Assembly: GCA_031835245.2 (NCBI GenBank)
Contig: JAVKOQ020000007.1
Location: forward strand, 248,001 to 312,000
Reading direction: 5' to 3'
DNA from: Balamuthia mandrillaris
Taxonomy: Eukaryota
DNA length: 64,000 nucleotides
The notes under the pieces are model-generated. The model ran no database searches and had not been told where the DNA came from. It saw only the letters and a program-made list of their open reading frames with translations. Made by a program: the position numbers and the translations under genes. Positions 49,566 to 61,860 of this stretch are shown here, piece by piece. Every line of letters starts with the position of its first letter. Position 1 is the first letter of the stretch.

Positions 49566-50792
49566 TTATTTGTCAGTGCATCCGTTTTTTCTTATCCACT
49601 CCACCACCTCCGAATGGCCATTATCAGCAGCCGCAGAGGCACAATTCTTGTGGTTCCAAGGGCATCCGTTCGCTGTGGCCCATTTCAACACCTCCAAGTG
49701 CCCGTTCAACGCAGCGCAGGAACATATTGACTCATCCCAAGGGCATCCGTTCGCTCTGGCCCATTGCAACACTTTCAAATGACCAAGGGAAGCAGCAGAG
49801 GCACAGGTTATCACGTTCCAAGGGCATCCGTTCTCTCTTGCCCATTTCAACACCTCCAACTGGCCACGGATGGCAGCAGAGGCACAAGTGAGCTCGTCCC
49901 AAGGGCACCCCTTCTCTCTTGCCCACTTTATCACATCCAAATGGCCACCACAGGCAGCCGCTGCGCATGTTCGAGAGTCCCACGGACACCCGTTCTCCTT
50001 CAGCCATTGCAGTGCTTCCAAACGTCCGTTACTCGCGGCAAAAAAGCAAACTCTTTCATCCCAAGGGCACCCGTTCGTTCGCGCCCACTGCAGTACTTCG
50101 AAATGATCCCCTGCAGCAGCGCGGAGGCACGTGTTGTTATCCCAAGGACATCCTTCCTCCCTGACCCATTTCAACATTTCCAAGTGTCCGCGCCAAGCAG
50201 CAGAGCTGCACGTTTGTTCGTCCCAAGGGCATCCCTGCTCTCTCAGCCATTTCAGCACTTCCAAATGCCCATTCTCCGCAGCCTTGCTGCACGTTAGTTC
50301 GTTCCAAAGGTAACCGTTCCCTCTGGCCCACTCCAACACCTCCAAACTTCCGTTCATTGCGGCAACATCACAGACGCTAACCGCTAAGTCCGTTGGCAAG
50401 GGCTTTTGGAGGCAAGCCCACTGCAAGGCGGTCAGAGAGGAGCATGCCCAGCGATAATAGAGCTTCTGTCGGAGGTGAGGAGGGCTGCAGGCAAACCATC
50501 GGCGGCAGGTCCTGGAGGCTGGAGCCACGCTACCGTTGGGCAGCTCTTGCAAGATAAGACAGAGCGCTTCCGCTGGCAGCAGGACCTCTATCAAACAACA
50601 GCAAGCCCTCTGCGCGCCGTCGTCATCGTCACCAGCTGAAGGGAGCGAAACGGCCTTGAGTTTTTTTGTTGTTGGCTCTTCCTCGCGCCGTGAGTTTTTA
50701 GCTCCCGTCTCATGGGGCGCTTCGTCCACACGCATTTCGCTGTTGTTGCTCTTTGTGCCCTGCATCTTCTGCATCCGCCTGTTGATGGTCAT
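49566..50792 (-). CDS. Intronless F-box-like + GCPWD-type ankyrin repeat protein, 408 aa
   Basis: LPAEALCLILQELP...RTCRRW, then repeated AAxxGHLEVLKWARENGCPW; paralog of 11902-13074. Confidence 0.9.
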   Translation of the reverse strand: MTINRRMQKMQGTKSNNSEMRVDEAPHETGAKNSRREEEPTTKKLKAVSLPSAGDDDDGAQRACCCLIEVLLPAEALCLILQELPNGSVAPASRTCRRWFACSPPHLRQKLYYRWACSSLTALQWACLQKPLPTDLAVSVCDVAAMNGSLEVLEWARGNGYLWNELTCSKAAENGHLEVLKWLREQGCPWDEQTCSSAAWRGHLEMLKWVREEGCPWDNNTCLRAAAGDHFEVLQWARTNGCPWDERVCFFAASNGRLEALQWLKENGCPWDSRTCAAAACGGHLDVIKWAREKGCPWDELTCASAAIRGQLEVLKWARENGCPWNVITCASAASLGHLKVLQWARANGCPWDESICSCAALNGHLEVLKWATANGCPWNHKNCASAAADNGHSEVVEWIRKNGCTDK

Positions 50793-50955
50793 GGCGGCAT
50801 GCCCGCTTCGAGTGGTTTCGTTGATGGTCGCAAACTATCTCTGTTGAGAGTGGACGACAGAACATGGCGATGGATACCTCCTTCTAAGCTTTATTTAATA
50901 AATCATTTAATAAATAAATGAACACTAACATAAATAAAAAGGAACCTTGTGGGCT

Positions 50956-53035
50956 TCAATCCAATTCTTCTTCGTGAGGAACACCATAAGATGGTGAAGA
51001 AGAAGAAGAAGAAGAAGAATGAGAAGGAGAAGAAATAGAACAAGAAGCGGAAGAACCAGGGTCATCAACACCAGAATGAATGCATTCCCACAAACGAGCA
51101 AGACACAACCGCCTTTGCTCCTTCGTGGCATCCGCGTTGTAGGGCACGCCATAACTCTGACACAACTGCTTCAACATCTCTTCTCCTTCTCTGCCATCAA
51201 ATCTCTTCTCCCAACTCCTCATTTCATCTCCTTCCCTTCCTCCTTCTTCTTTTTCTACTTCTTCCACTTTCTTACTTCCAAACATGTTGTTCATCAGCTC
51301 TGCAAACACGTTGCGACTGTCGTTAGCTCCTCCCTCTCTTCCTCCACCTCCGAAAAACAAGTTTTGTTCCTCCTCCAAATCTTGTGAACGAAAAGCCATC
51401 GCTTTCTCGCCAGTTGGTCTAACTTCTTTCAAAGCTTCCAAAAAGTCTTCGAACGAAATATTTCGTAGTTGTGGTTTCTTTCTTTCTTCTCCCGATTCTT
51501 CTTCCTCTTCTTTGTCTTGTTGTAGTTGAGCTGGGTCGTTGCCGCTGCGAAGAAAGTCACGTAATGGAAACAATGCCGCTTTCTTACAGAGTTCTTTCAA
51601 GTCGCTCCCTGAGAAACCTGCTGTCTTTGAGGCTAGTGCGTTAAAATCTATTCCTGCTTCCACGGGCTCTCCTTTTAAAATCTTTTTTGAAAAAGGGAGT
51701 AAAAGAAAAACATGACTACGGAAGCGCAAAACAAGACCTTAAAAGAAAAAAAAAAGACGCAATAAGAATAAAGACAGACAGGAGGAAAGGATACAACTTT
51801 GAGAATTTTGATGCGTTGCTCAAAGTTAGGCAGAGGGACGAGAAACTGGCGAGGCATGCGCCGCAATATGGCTCTGTGGAGGTGATGCGGTTTGTTGGTA
51901 GTACCAACTACAATAATGCGTGCAGTGTCGTCCGTTAACAATCCATCCCAAAGACTGTAATAAGAAAAAGAAATGAGCGAAAAAAAAGGAGAGAAGCGAG
52001 ACGACAATGAGAGAAGAGAACCTCATAAACTCTGCACGCATCTGCAAATAGACCTGATGTTCATACTGACTCGAGTTACCAAAAAAGCTATCCATCTGTT
52101 GTTCATTCATAGATAGCAACACAGGCATTAATGAGAGCAAAAAACAAAACAAAAAAAAAAAAGAGCAAATAGAACGCAAAGTACCTCATCTAGAAAGATG
52201 ACAGACGGCTGCAACTTACAGGCCAATGTGAAGATGGCTTTAATGAGTTTCTCAGACTCTCCATGAAGCATGTTGTTGATGGTTGATAGTCGAATGTCTG
52301 TGTTTGAACAGTTGTGTGAGTTCTATCGGCATTGTCCCTTGAAACAACACAACGAAAAAAAAAAGCATTTATATACTTATAAAAGTGAGCTGTCCTTCTT
52401 TGGCGATGGCCTTGGCCAACATAGTTTTGCCAGTTCCTTTATTTAACAAGAGAACAAGTCAGCCGAGATAAAGAAGAAGGAAGAAGGAGAAAGGAAGGCA
52501 AACCAGGAGGGCCATAAAGAAGGATGCCTTTGGGCGATTGCAGCAAACGAGAGGGACGACTCTCAAACAACTCCGGATGGTTCATCGGCAACAACAACAT
52601 TTCCCTCAGGGCCTCTTTGATCTCGTTCAGACCGCCGATGGCCTCAAAGTTGGCCTCAATGTCATCCGGGTCCACGATTTCGGTAGCAATCATGCGCTCA
52701 TAACTGTTCAATCGTTGCACAAGCTTCTTTCCCCGTTTCTATTTTTTTTGAGAGAGACAAATTAAAAAAAGTAAAGGTGAGTGAGTGTGAGTGTGAGTGT
52801 GAGTGTGCATGATGCAATGTCGCTGTTGGACTTTTTTTTTTGAAGAGAAAAGTACCTTTAAACTTTGCAGGGCGAGCGACTCCGCAGCCTTGTCTTCTTT
52901 GTCGGAGGAAGGGAGGATCTTGCTAAGCAAAAAGTAGGTCCCTGCCATCATCACCCCGGTGGCGAGCGCGGTCTTGACGGTGGTGAAGACCAGATCGATG
53001 ACGGCCTCCTTGAAGCGTGGCGGCACTCGTTCCAT
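50956..53035 (-). CDS. Msp1/ATAD1-like membrane-anchored AAA+ ATPase (multi-exon), divergent
   Basis: N-terminal TM; LNSYERMIATEIVDPDDI..FEAIGGL, PKGILLYGPPG|TGKTMLAKAIAK, IFLDE, SLWDGL, AILRRMP, GFSGSDLKELC. Confidence 0.87.
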
Positions 53036-53305
53036 CTCTTCTCTTCTCTTTTTTTTTTTCTGAACTTCAATTTCTTCGAATTATTATTAGCATGTTTTAT
53101 TTGTCGACGATATTTATTGGGGAAAATATGCAAATGATTTTGTCGACAACACACGTAACTTCCCATGACGACGTGACGCATAATCCTCGTTCGTTGTTTC
53201 GGGAATGATTTGCTGGGTTGCCTCGTCATTTATGATGTTGATTGCCCTGGGCACTCGTAGCGGCTTTTCTTCAACAGCGAAGAGGAACCGGAGAAAACAT
53301 TAGTA

Positions 53306-56300
53306 ATGGGAGCGGTTCGTCCTGCATGCCTTGTCGCAGCGGTGGTTCTCGTGCTTGTTCTCGTTGTTTCTTGTGCTGGCGGACAAAGGGTCGGCCTTAT
53401 CACAACGGACTTTGACTCGCGTAATCGAGCGGACGTGCCGCTGAGGCTGAACGAAACGGGGCGGTTCGAGAGCATCAGCTACCTCAACGAGAGCTCCCTC
53501 CCCACATTGGAAGAGCTTGTGCAAAACTATGATGCCCTCCTCGTTTGGTCCGGCTTAGCCACCCATAGAAGTGAGTTGCAATATGCCGAAATACAGCCCT
53601 TCCCAGAGCCGGAGGTGTTGGGAGACCTACTGCAAGGGTTCGTGGAGCAAGGCGGAGGTGTGGTGCTGGCCGTGGCTGGTTTTAGCGGAACCAACGGCCT
53701 CAAAGGAGCTTTCGCCGCATATTCCTCCGTCATCCTGCCCCAGGAGGCCGGCTCCCAAGTTCCCATTACGCTGGGCGGAGGGTCCTCTAAAATGTGGCTA
53801 GGAGACGTTTTCTTGCCGGAGCACCCTGTCATGCTCAATATCGCTTCCTTCAACACCAGTGGGGTCTCCTTGCGTTCCAACATAAAGCCCAGTGCAGTGG
53901 AGAGCAAGATGGCTCCGGGCTCCTACGTCTTGGCGACCTATAACGATGGGGTGGTGCTGGTAGCCGCTCGTGACGAAGTAGGAGTCAGCAAGAGCAATCG
54001 CGTGGATCTCAACTTCCATCCTGTCTCTAGACAAACGGGAAGCGATTACTATGAACCAGGTCGCGATTTGGGTGGTTATAACCGGACAACGCAAGGAGCA
54101 GAGCTCATCGCGAATGCTCTGTTCTACTCCATGAGCGGTAAGTAGCCTCCCTTGTCCTTCGCTAGAACGCTTACATCAAAACTTACATGAAAACAAAAAA
54201 CAGGGTGTGAGTCGTTTGCTCCTCAACCCCTCACCATCATCACATGCAGCGAGGGCATGAGCGAAAACATCACCGTGGAGCAAGGAATGACCGTAGAAGC
54301 GGAGAGGGAAACGGCAGTGCCGGATTTCAGCAACTCCCCTTCCCTCCATGTGGTGGGCACTTGCCATGGTCCCATCAACATCACCCAAAGCCCAGCAGCG
54401 GGCACCCTCCTGGCTGTTGGTCTGCACAACATCACAGTGCAGGTGGAGGATGCCCTTGGCAGTTTGGTCCAATGCACCACCATCTTCAACTTCACCCTCA
54501 TCACCGTGGATCCCGCCAGCAGCGAGGAGGAGGGCAGTTCAAGCAAGAGCAGCGCCAGTGGCAGTGAAAGTGATACCACAGGTTGTTTCTTCATTTTCTT
54601 TTTTTTTTCTGTATTCTTTCTCTTTTTCGCCGTTCTGCTTCTTCATCAGTTACTAAGAAGCAAACTTCACATTTGAATCGAAAGACTTGAATGAACGCGA
54701 TTCGGCGAGCAGTGAGGACAACCTTACTCTCATCCTTGGTCTCAGTCTTGGACTTCCCTTGTTGTTGCTTCTGGTAGGCGCCACCGTGTTCGCTGCTTTG
54801 TTCTGGCGAAGGGTACAACTGAAGAAGACAAGAAGAATGCAGAAAGACTTGGAGGATGGAGGAGAGAACATGTACCAACGCAATCCCATCAAGCCAGGAA
54901 AGCACTCGCGAAATCTCCGCTCAGGATATGGGGGCGATGGAGAAAGAGGAATGGGCTTCAGTTGGAACATTCAGTTCTCCGAGTTGACATTCGGCGAAGA
55001 GATTGGCCGAGGGTATTGTTTGTTTTGAGCGTTTTATTTTTATTTTGGTTCACCTTTTTTTTTTCTGGTTCTTTAGTGATGACTTACATCTCACCTTCTT
55101 TGTTCTTGTTTCATGTTTTGCGTTTTTAAAGAGGATTTGGAGTGGTGATGAAAGGAAAATGGCGAGGTACTCCTGTGGCCATCAAGCAGGTTCTCTTCTC
55201 CCACCATCTGTAACATTAGTTACGTTACTGACTCATTTGTACTGAAGATTCTTGCCAAGCACAACGACGAGTTAGAACAAATGAGAAGCGAGATGGAAAT
55301 CATGCAGTGCGTCTCTTTCTCTTTTTTTCTTCTATTATCTTGTTATTACTATCTTTCTCTTTCTCTTTCTCCTTCTCTTTCTCTTTCTCTTTCTCTTTCT
55401 CTTTCTCTTTCTCTTTCTCTTTCTCTTTCTCTTTCTCTTTCTCTCTCTTTTTCTCTTTCTCTCTTGCTCACTACTAACACAAAAACCAGAAACCTGCGTC
55501 CTCACGGAAATGTGCTGCTCTTGTTGGGAGTGTGCGAAGACGACCTGCACAATCACTACGTGGTCACGGAGTTCATGGCCAAAGGAGACTTGAGGCATTT
55601 CCTCATGTCCGAGGAAGGGGAGGCCATGGTGAACTACCAGATGATGATTCAAATGGCGAGGGAGATCGCAGTGGGCATGTCCCATCTCCATTCGGAGGGG
55701 ATCATTCATCGTGACTTGGCTGCTCGCAACTTGTTGCTCACTGAAGAGCTCACCATCAAAATCAGTGGTACGTTACCGTTGCTGGGTGCTTTTGTTTGGC
55801 GTTGTTTCTTCTTTTGCTGCTTTCTCTTATTTTTCTTCTCATGACGAGACTTTGGATTGTCGCGGCTGAAGAGGGACACGGAGACAGAAGAACAAACGAC
55901 CAAGTCTGAAGTGGGTCCTTTGAAGTGGTACGCATCTCCATCGTCACTGTGTTGTCCAACCTTATTTTGCGTTTTGCCGTTGTCTTATTGTGCTCTTTGT
56001 CTCATTTTCTTTGCAGGATGGCGCCGGAGAGCATCTCCCAACAGATGTACTCCCAAAAGTCGGACGTGTGGAGCTATGGGGTGGTCTTGTGGGAGATCGT
56101 CAACTTTGGAGAGGAGCCCTATCCCCACCTCTCCCTTGTGCAAGCCGCTCTCGCCGTCGTTGATCAGAGTACGTCCTCACGGTTTTTTTGTTGGTTCGTT
56201 CGTTGTTTCTGAGACGACTTTGCTATTTTGTCCTTTTTTTTTTTGGTCAAAAGGAGTGACGCCAGAGATCCCGGAGGACATTCCAGAGGTGCTGCAAGGC

Positions 56301-56387
56301 ATCATGAAGGCATGCTGGCAGTATGACCCCAAGGACCGTCCCACCATGGACGACATCATCTCCATGTTGTCCCCTCCATCCAAATGA
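53306..56387 (+). CDS. Single-pass receptor kinase 1: signal peptide, alpha/beta ectodomain, HYR-like domain, TM, tyrosine-kinase-like domain
   Basis: Hydrophobic leader; ITQSPAAG...VQVEDALG...C (HYR-like); TM followed by [44 protein letters not shown]. Confidence 0.88.
55351..55462 (+). repeat. Intronic (CTTTCT)n microsatellite
   Basis: Hexanucleotide array; the equivalent intron of copy 2 carries (CT)n instead. Confidence 0.9.
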
Positions 56388-56606
56388 GCACGAAGAAGTA
56401 GTTGCTCTTATGAATTCTGTACAGCAGAGCGATTAAACAAACCAAACTATTTTTCAGGTGTAATTGTATTATATTACGAAAAATGCTTCGCAGCGCCAAT
56501 ATACTGCACAAAACCACGAGGTAACGCTTTGATGAAGGGTGTACCGGTTAGGCACGGAGTTTCTGTCAAATAAAGCCTAACAATAGAGACAAGTGAAAGA
56601 AGACAG

Positions 56607-57863
56607 ATGTTGCTACTGCGGACGGTTATGGTGCGTTTGTTTGTAACGCTTATGGCTCTCCTGGCATGCCGTGGTATCTACGGACAACGGGTTGGGCTGA
56701 TTACCACGGATGTGGACCCGCGCTGCCTAGAGGACGTGCTGCTGCGGTTGGAGGAAACTGGACGGTTCGAAAGCATCACCTTCGTGAACGTGAGCTCTCT
56801 CCCAACATTAGGAGAACTCGTGCAAAGCTTCGACGCGCTCCTCGTTTGGTCCGGTCTGGCGACAGAATTCCCGACTATTGTGTTAGAACCCTTCCCAGAG
56901 CCGGAGGTGTTGGGAGACCTGCTGCAAGGCTACGTGGAGCAAGGAGGGGGCGTGGTGCTGGCTGTTGCTGGTTTCAGCGGAGACTACGCCCTCAAAGGAG
57001 CTTTTGCCTCCCAATCCTCCGTTGTTCTTCGCCAGGCTGAGGGAACTCTCGAGATCACTCAGCGCGGAGGATACGGGGAAAAGAACCTTGGAGAGGTGTC
57101 CTTGCCGGCTCACCCCATCATGCAGAACGTCACCTCCTTTGGAACCTCTGGAGATGCCCTTGTCACTAGCATTCTACCTAGTCAAGTGAAGAGCAAGATG
57201 GCGGAAGGGTCCTATGTGGTGGCTTCCTTTGAGGATGGGGTGATGTTGGTTGCAGTTCGTGATGAAGTCGGCCCCAACAAGAGCAATCGTGTGGACCTCG
57301 GTTTTCATCCCGTCTCAAGACAAACAGATTCAGAATACTATAATACACCTGGGAGGAACAACGGTGGTTGGATGAAGGACACAAATGGAAGAGAGCTGAT
57401 GGCCAATGCTTTGTTTTACTCCATGAGTGGTACGTATGCAGTGGCTAATATTTCCTACCTCAGGTTTCTCCTGTCGTTAAAAAAACGTACACACAACAGG
57501 GTGTGGGTCGTTTGCTCCTCAACCCCTCACCATCATCACATGCAGCGAGGGCATGAGCGTGGAGGGAGAGGAGATGGAAATGGCAGTGCCGGATTTCAGC
57601 AACTTCCCTTCCCTCCATGTGGTGGGCACTTGCCATGGTCCCATCAACATCACCCAAAGCCCAGCAGCGGGCACCCTCCTGGCTGTTGGTTTGCACAACA
57701 TCACAGTGCAGGTGGAGGATGCCCTTGGCACCTTGCTCCAATGCACCACCACCTTCAACTTCACCCTCATCACCACAGATCCTGCCAGCACAAGCAGTGT
57801 CAACGATGGGAGCTCCAGCGATGATGATAGCAGCGATACGGGTAACTCTCTTGTTTTGTTCTT

Positions 57864-57898
<35 letters not shown>

Positions 57899-57915
57899 CT
57901 CTCTCTGGCTCTCCT

Positions 57916-57959
<44 letters not shown>

Positions 57960-58667
57960 CTCTCTTAGGTTCTTTTCTTTGGCTGTTAGGCTAACCTTTC
58001 CACTTACAGACACAAGCGAAGAGAAGAGGGCAGACAATGGCAGCGACCTTCCTCTCGCCTTGGGCCTCGGTCTGGGTCTGCCTTTGTTGTTGATCTTGGT
58101 GGTCGCCATCGTGGCGGCAGTGCTGCTGAGACGAAGGACCATGGAGAAACGGAGTAGAATGCAGAAAGACTTGGAGGAAGGAGGAGAGAGCATGTACCAA
58201 CGCAATCCCATCAAACCAAGCAAGCAATCAAACCGCGCAAGATATGGAAGTGGAGAAGAAAGAGGAATGGGCTTCAATTGGAACATTCAGTTCTCTGAGT
58301 TGACGTTCGGCGAAGAGATTGGGCGAGGGTAGGCAAATGCAGCGTTGCTCTCATTTTTTTTTCTCTTGTACTTTCAGTGTCTCTGTCTTGTTGTGTCTTC
58401 TTTCTTCTCGTTTCTTATTATTTTCTCGTTTCAGAGGGTTTGGAGTGGTGATGAAAGGGAAGTGGAGAGGAACACCCGTGGCTATAAAACAGGTTCGGTG
58501 GCTATTCCCTTCTCTATTCAACTGCTATTTGCGAGCATTAACATTAACACGAATGCAGATCCTTGCGAAACACAATGATGAGCTGGAGCAGATGAGAAGC
58601 GAGATGGAAATCATGCAGTATGTTTGTTTCTATTCTGTCCTTTTTCTTCTACCATAACATCTCTCTG

Positions 58668-58722
<55 letters not shown>

Positions 58723-59603
58723 CTCGCTCTAACAGAAACCTGCGTCCTCACGGAAATGTGCTGCTCTTGTTGGGAGTGTGCGAGGACCACCTGCACAATC
58801 ACTACGTGGTCACGGAGTTCATGGCCAAAGGAGACTTGAGGCATTTCCTCATGTCCGAGGAAGGGGAGGCCATGGTGAACTACCAGATGATGGTGCAAAT
58901 GGCGAGGGAGATCGCGGTGGGCATGTCCCATCTCCATTCGGAGGGAATCATTCATCGTGACTTGGCTGCTCGCAACTTGTTGCTCACTGAAGAGCTCACC
59001 ATCAAAATCAGTGGTACCTTTATTGCTCTGTTTGCTTTCTCTGGCTGTCTTTTTTTTTTGTTGCTCATTATGTCATGATGAGACTTTGGATTGTCGCGGC
59101 TGAAGAGGGACACGGAGACAGAAGAACAAACGACCAAGTCTGAAGTGGGTCCTTTGAAATGGTCACGCATCTCTTCAAACCTTATTTTGCGTTGCCGTTG
59201 TCTTATTGTGCTCTTTGTCTCATTGTCTCTGTAGGATGGCGCCGGAGAGCATCTCCCAACAGATGTACTCCCAAAAGTCGGATGTGTGGAGCTATGGGGT
59301 GGTCTTGTGGGAGATCGTCAACTTTGGAGAGGAGCCCTATCCCCACCTCTCCCTTGTGCAAGCCGCTCTCGCCGTCGTTGATCAGAGTACGTCCTCACGG
59401 TTTTTTGTTGGTTCGTTCGCTGTTGCTGAGACGGCTTTGCTATTTTGTCCTTTTTTTTTTGGTCAAAAGGAGTGACGCCCGAGATCCCGGAGGACATTCC
59501 AGAGGTGCTGCAAGGCATCATGAAGGCATGCTGGCAGTACGACCCCAAGGACCGCCCCACCATGGACGACATCGTCGCTATGCTATCTCCTCCCTCCAAA
59601 TGA
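56607..59603 (+). CDS. Single-pass receptor kinase 2 (tandem paralog)
   Basis: Same exon structure; kinase exons nearly identical to copy 1; ends LSPPSK-stop at 59603. Confidence 0.88.
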
Positions 59604-59801
59604 GCACGAGCAAGTTTTCTCCTCGTAGCATTCACGCCAATAAACTGTAGTACTGTTCTCTCATTGAAGCACGTGAGCGTTATTCATTCTTTATTACCTC
59701 TCGAGCGTGCGGCAACGGACAGTTATTTCGAGCACAGCTCGCTTTTGTTCATTCACGACACGCGGGGGTCAACGGGTAAGAAAAAACAAAACGAAGTGGA
59801 A

Positions 59802-61860
59802 ATGGCAACGGGTCATGCAGTACGTATTCTTGTGGTGGTCTTATTTCTTGTTCTTCAATGGTGCAAGGTCAGCGAAGGGCAAAGGATTGGGCTGCTGACC
59901 ACCGAGGTGGATATGCGCTACAGAGCGGACGTACAATTGCGTTTGAACGAAACTGGCCGGTTCGAGAGTGTGAGCTTCTTGAACGAGAGCGCCACTCCCA
60001 CGTTGGAAGAGCTCGTGCAAAACTTCGAGGCCCTCCTCGTTTGGTCTGGTATTCTCCAGGAGCCGTCAGATTTCATTACCATCAACATGCAGCCCTTCCC
60101 AGAGCCGGAGGTGTGGGGAGACCTGCTGCAAGGGTTCGTGGAGCAAGGAGGGGGCGTGGTGCTGGCCGTGGCTGGTTTCAGCGGAGAGCACGCCCTCAAA
60201 GGAGCCTTTGCCTCAAATTCCTCCGTCATCTTGCCCCAGTCTGACCACGAAATCACCATCACTGAGAGCGGAGGCACTGGTCATAAGGAAATTGGGGTGT
60301 ACCTGCCGGAGCACCCCACCATGCACGACATCACTTCCTTTCGGACCACAGGAATTGCCGTTCGCACGAACATGTTGCCCAGTCAGGTGAAGAGGATGGC
60401 GGAAGGGTCCTACGCGGTGGCTGCCTTTGACGATGGGGTCCTGCTGATGGCTGTTCGCGATGAAATCGGCCCCAACAAGACCAACCGCGTGGACCTCAAC
60501 TTCCATCCTGTCTCTAGAAGAACCAGTACTGATTATGATGCACCAGGCCGTCGAGCAGGGGGTTGGGAAAGGAGCACACAAGGAGCAGAGTTGATGGCCA
60601 ATGCTTTGTATTACTCCATGAGTGGTGCGGAGCCTTCCCCTTCACTCATATCTTTCCGCTTTCCTCACCCGAACAACAAAACAAAAACAGGGTGTGGGTC
60701 GTTTGCTCCTCAACCCCTCACCATCATCACATGCAGCGAGGGCATGAGCGAAAACATCACCGTGGAGCAAGGAATGACCGTAGAAGCGGAGAGGGAAATG
60801 GCAGTGCTGGATTTCAGCAACTCCTCTTCCCTCCATGTGGTGGGCACTTGCCATGGTCCCATCAACATCACCCAAAGCCCAGCAGCGGGCACCCTCCTGG
60901 CTGTTGGTCTGCACAACATCACAGTGCAGGTGGAGGATGCCCTTGGCAGTTTGGTCCAATGCACCACCACCTTCAACTTCACCCTCATCACCGTGGATCC
61001 CGCCAGCAGTGAGGAGGAGGGCAGTTCAAGCAAGAGCAGCGCCAGTGGCAGTGAAAGTGATGCCACAGGTGGTGGTTTATCCTTCGCTTATTTTTCTCCG
61101 TTCTTCCGCAGCTTCTCCTTCTGGATTTTCTTCTTCTCCTTCTTCATTCTTTTGCTTTTTAGTTTGGTTTTGTTCTCATCTTCTTCTTCCAACACCGCTC
61201 ACCTTCTTCTTCTCTTTCCGGCTATATTGAAGATGCCGCTGAACGTGAGTCGGACACCAGCAGTGACAGCAACCTCCCCCTCATCCTAGGCCTCACTATC
61301 GGTCTGCTGTTCTTGGCTATCTTGGTGGCTGCCATCGTGGTGGCTGTTCTGCTGAGAAGGAGACAGAGCAAGGCGAAGAAGACGAGAAGAATGCAGAAGG
61401 ACTTGGAAGACGGCACAGAGAACATGTACCAACGAAATCCCATACAACCAAGAAAGAAGCTTCAAACGGGAGGTTTCGCAGAGCATGGTGAAAGAGGGAT
61501 GGGTTTCAGTTGGAACATTCAGTTTTCCGAGTTGACTCTTGGCGAAGAGATTGGACGGGGGTATTATTTCCGTTTTCTGTTCTTGTCGATTTGTTTGTTT
61601 GTTCTTAGCTTACACTGTTCCCTATTGATGGGGTTATGCTGCTTTGTTTTGTGTTTTTTTGTTTGCTCACAGAGGGTTTGGAGTGGTGATGAAAGGAAAA
61701 TGGCGAGGAACGGCTGTGGCCATCAAACAAGTTTGTTCTCATTCCTCCCTCCATTCTTCTTTTTGTCTTTTCTCCTCTTGATTCTGTGTTGTGGTGAGCA
61801 CCTCCTCCAATGCTGACACCAATGCAGATTCTTGCGAAACACAACAATGAGTTGCAAAAA
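59802..61860 (+). pseudogene. Receptor kinase 3, interrupted early in the kinase domain by a transposon
   Basis: Ectodomain, HYR, TM and kinase subdomains I-II are intact; similarity to paralogs stops mid-exon after ILAKHNNELQK, followed by TGG TAG. Confidence 0.82.
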
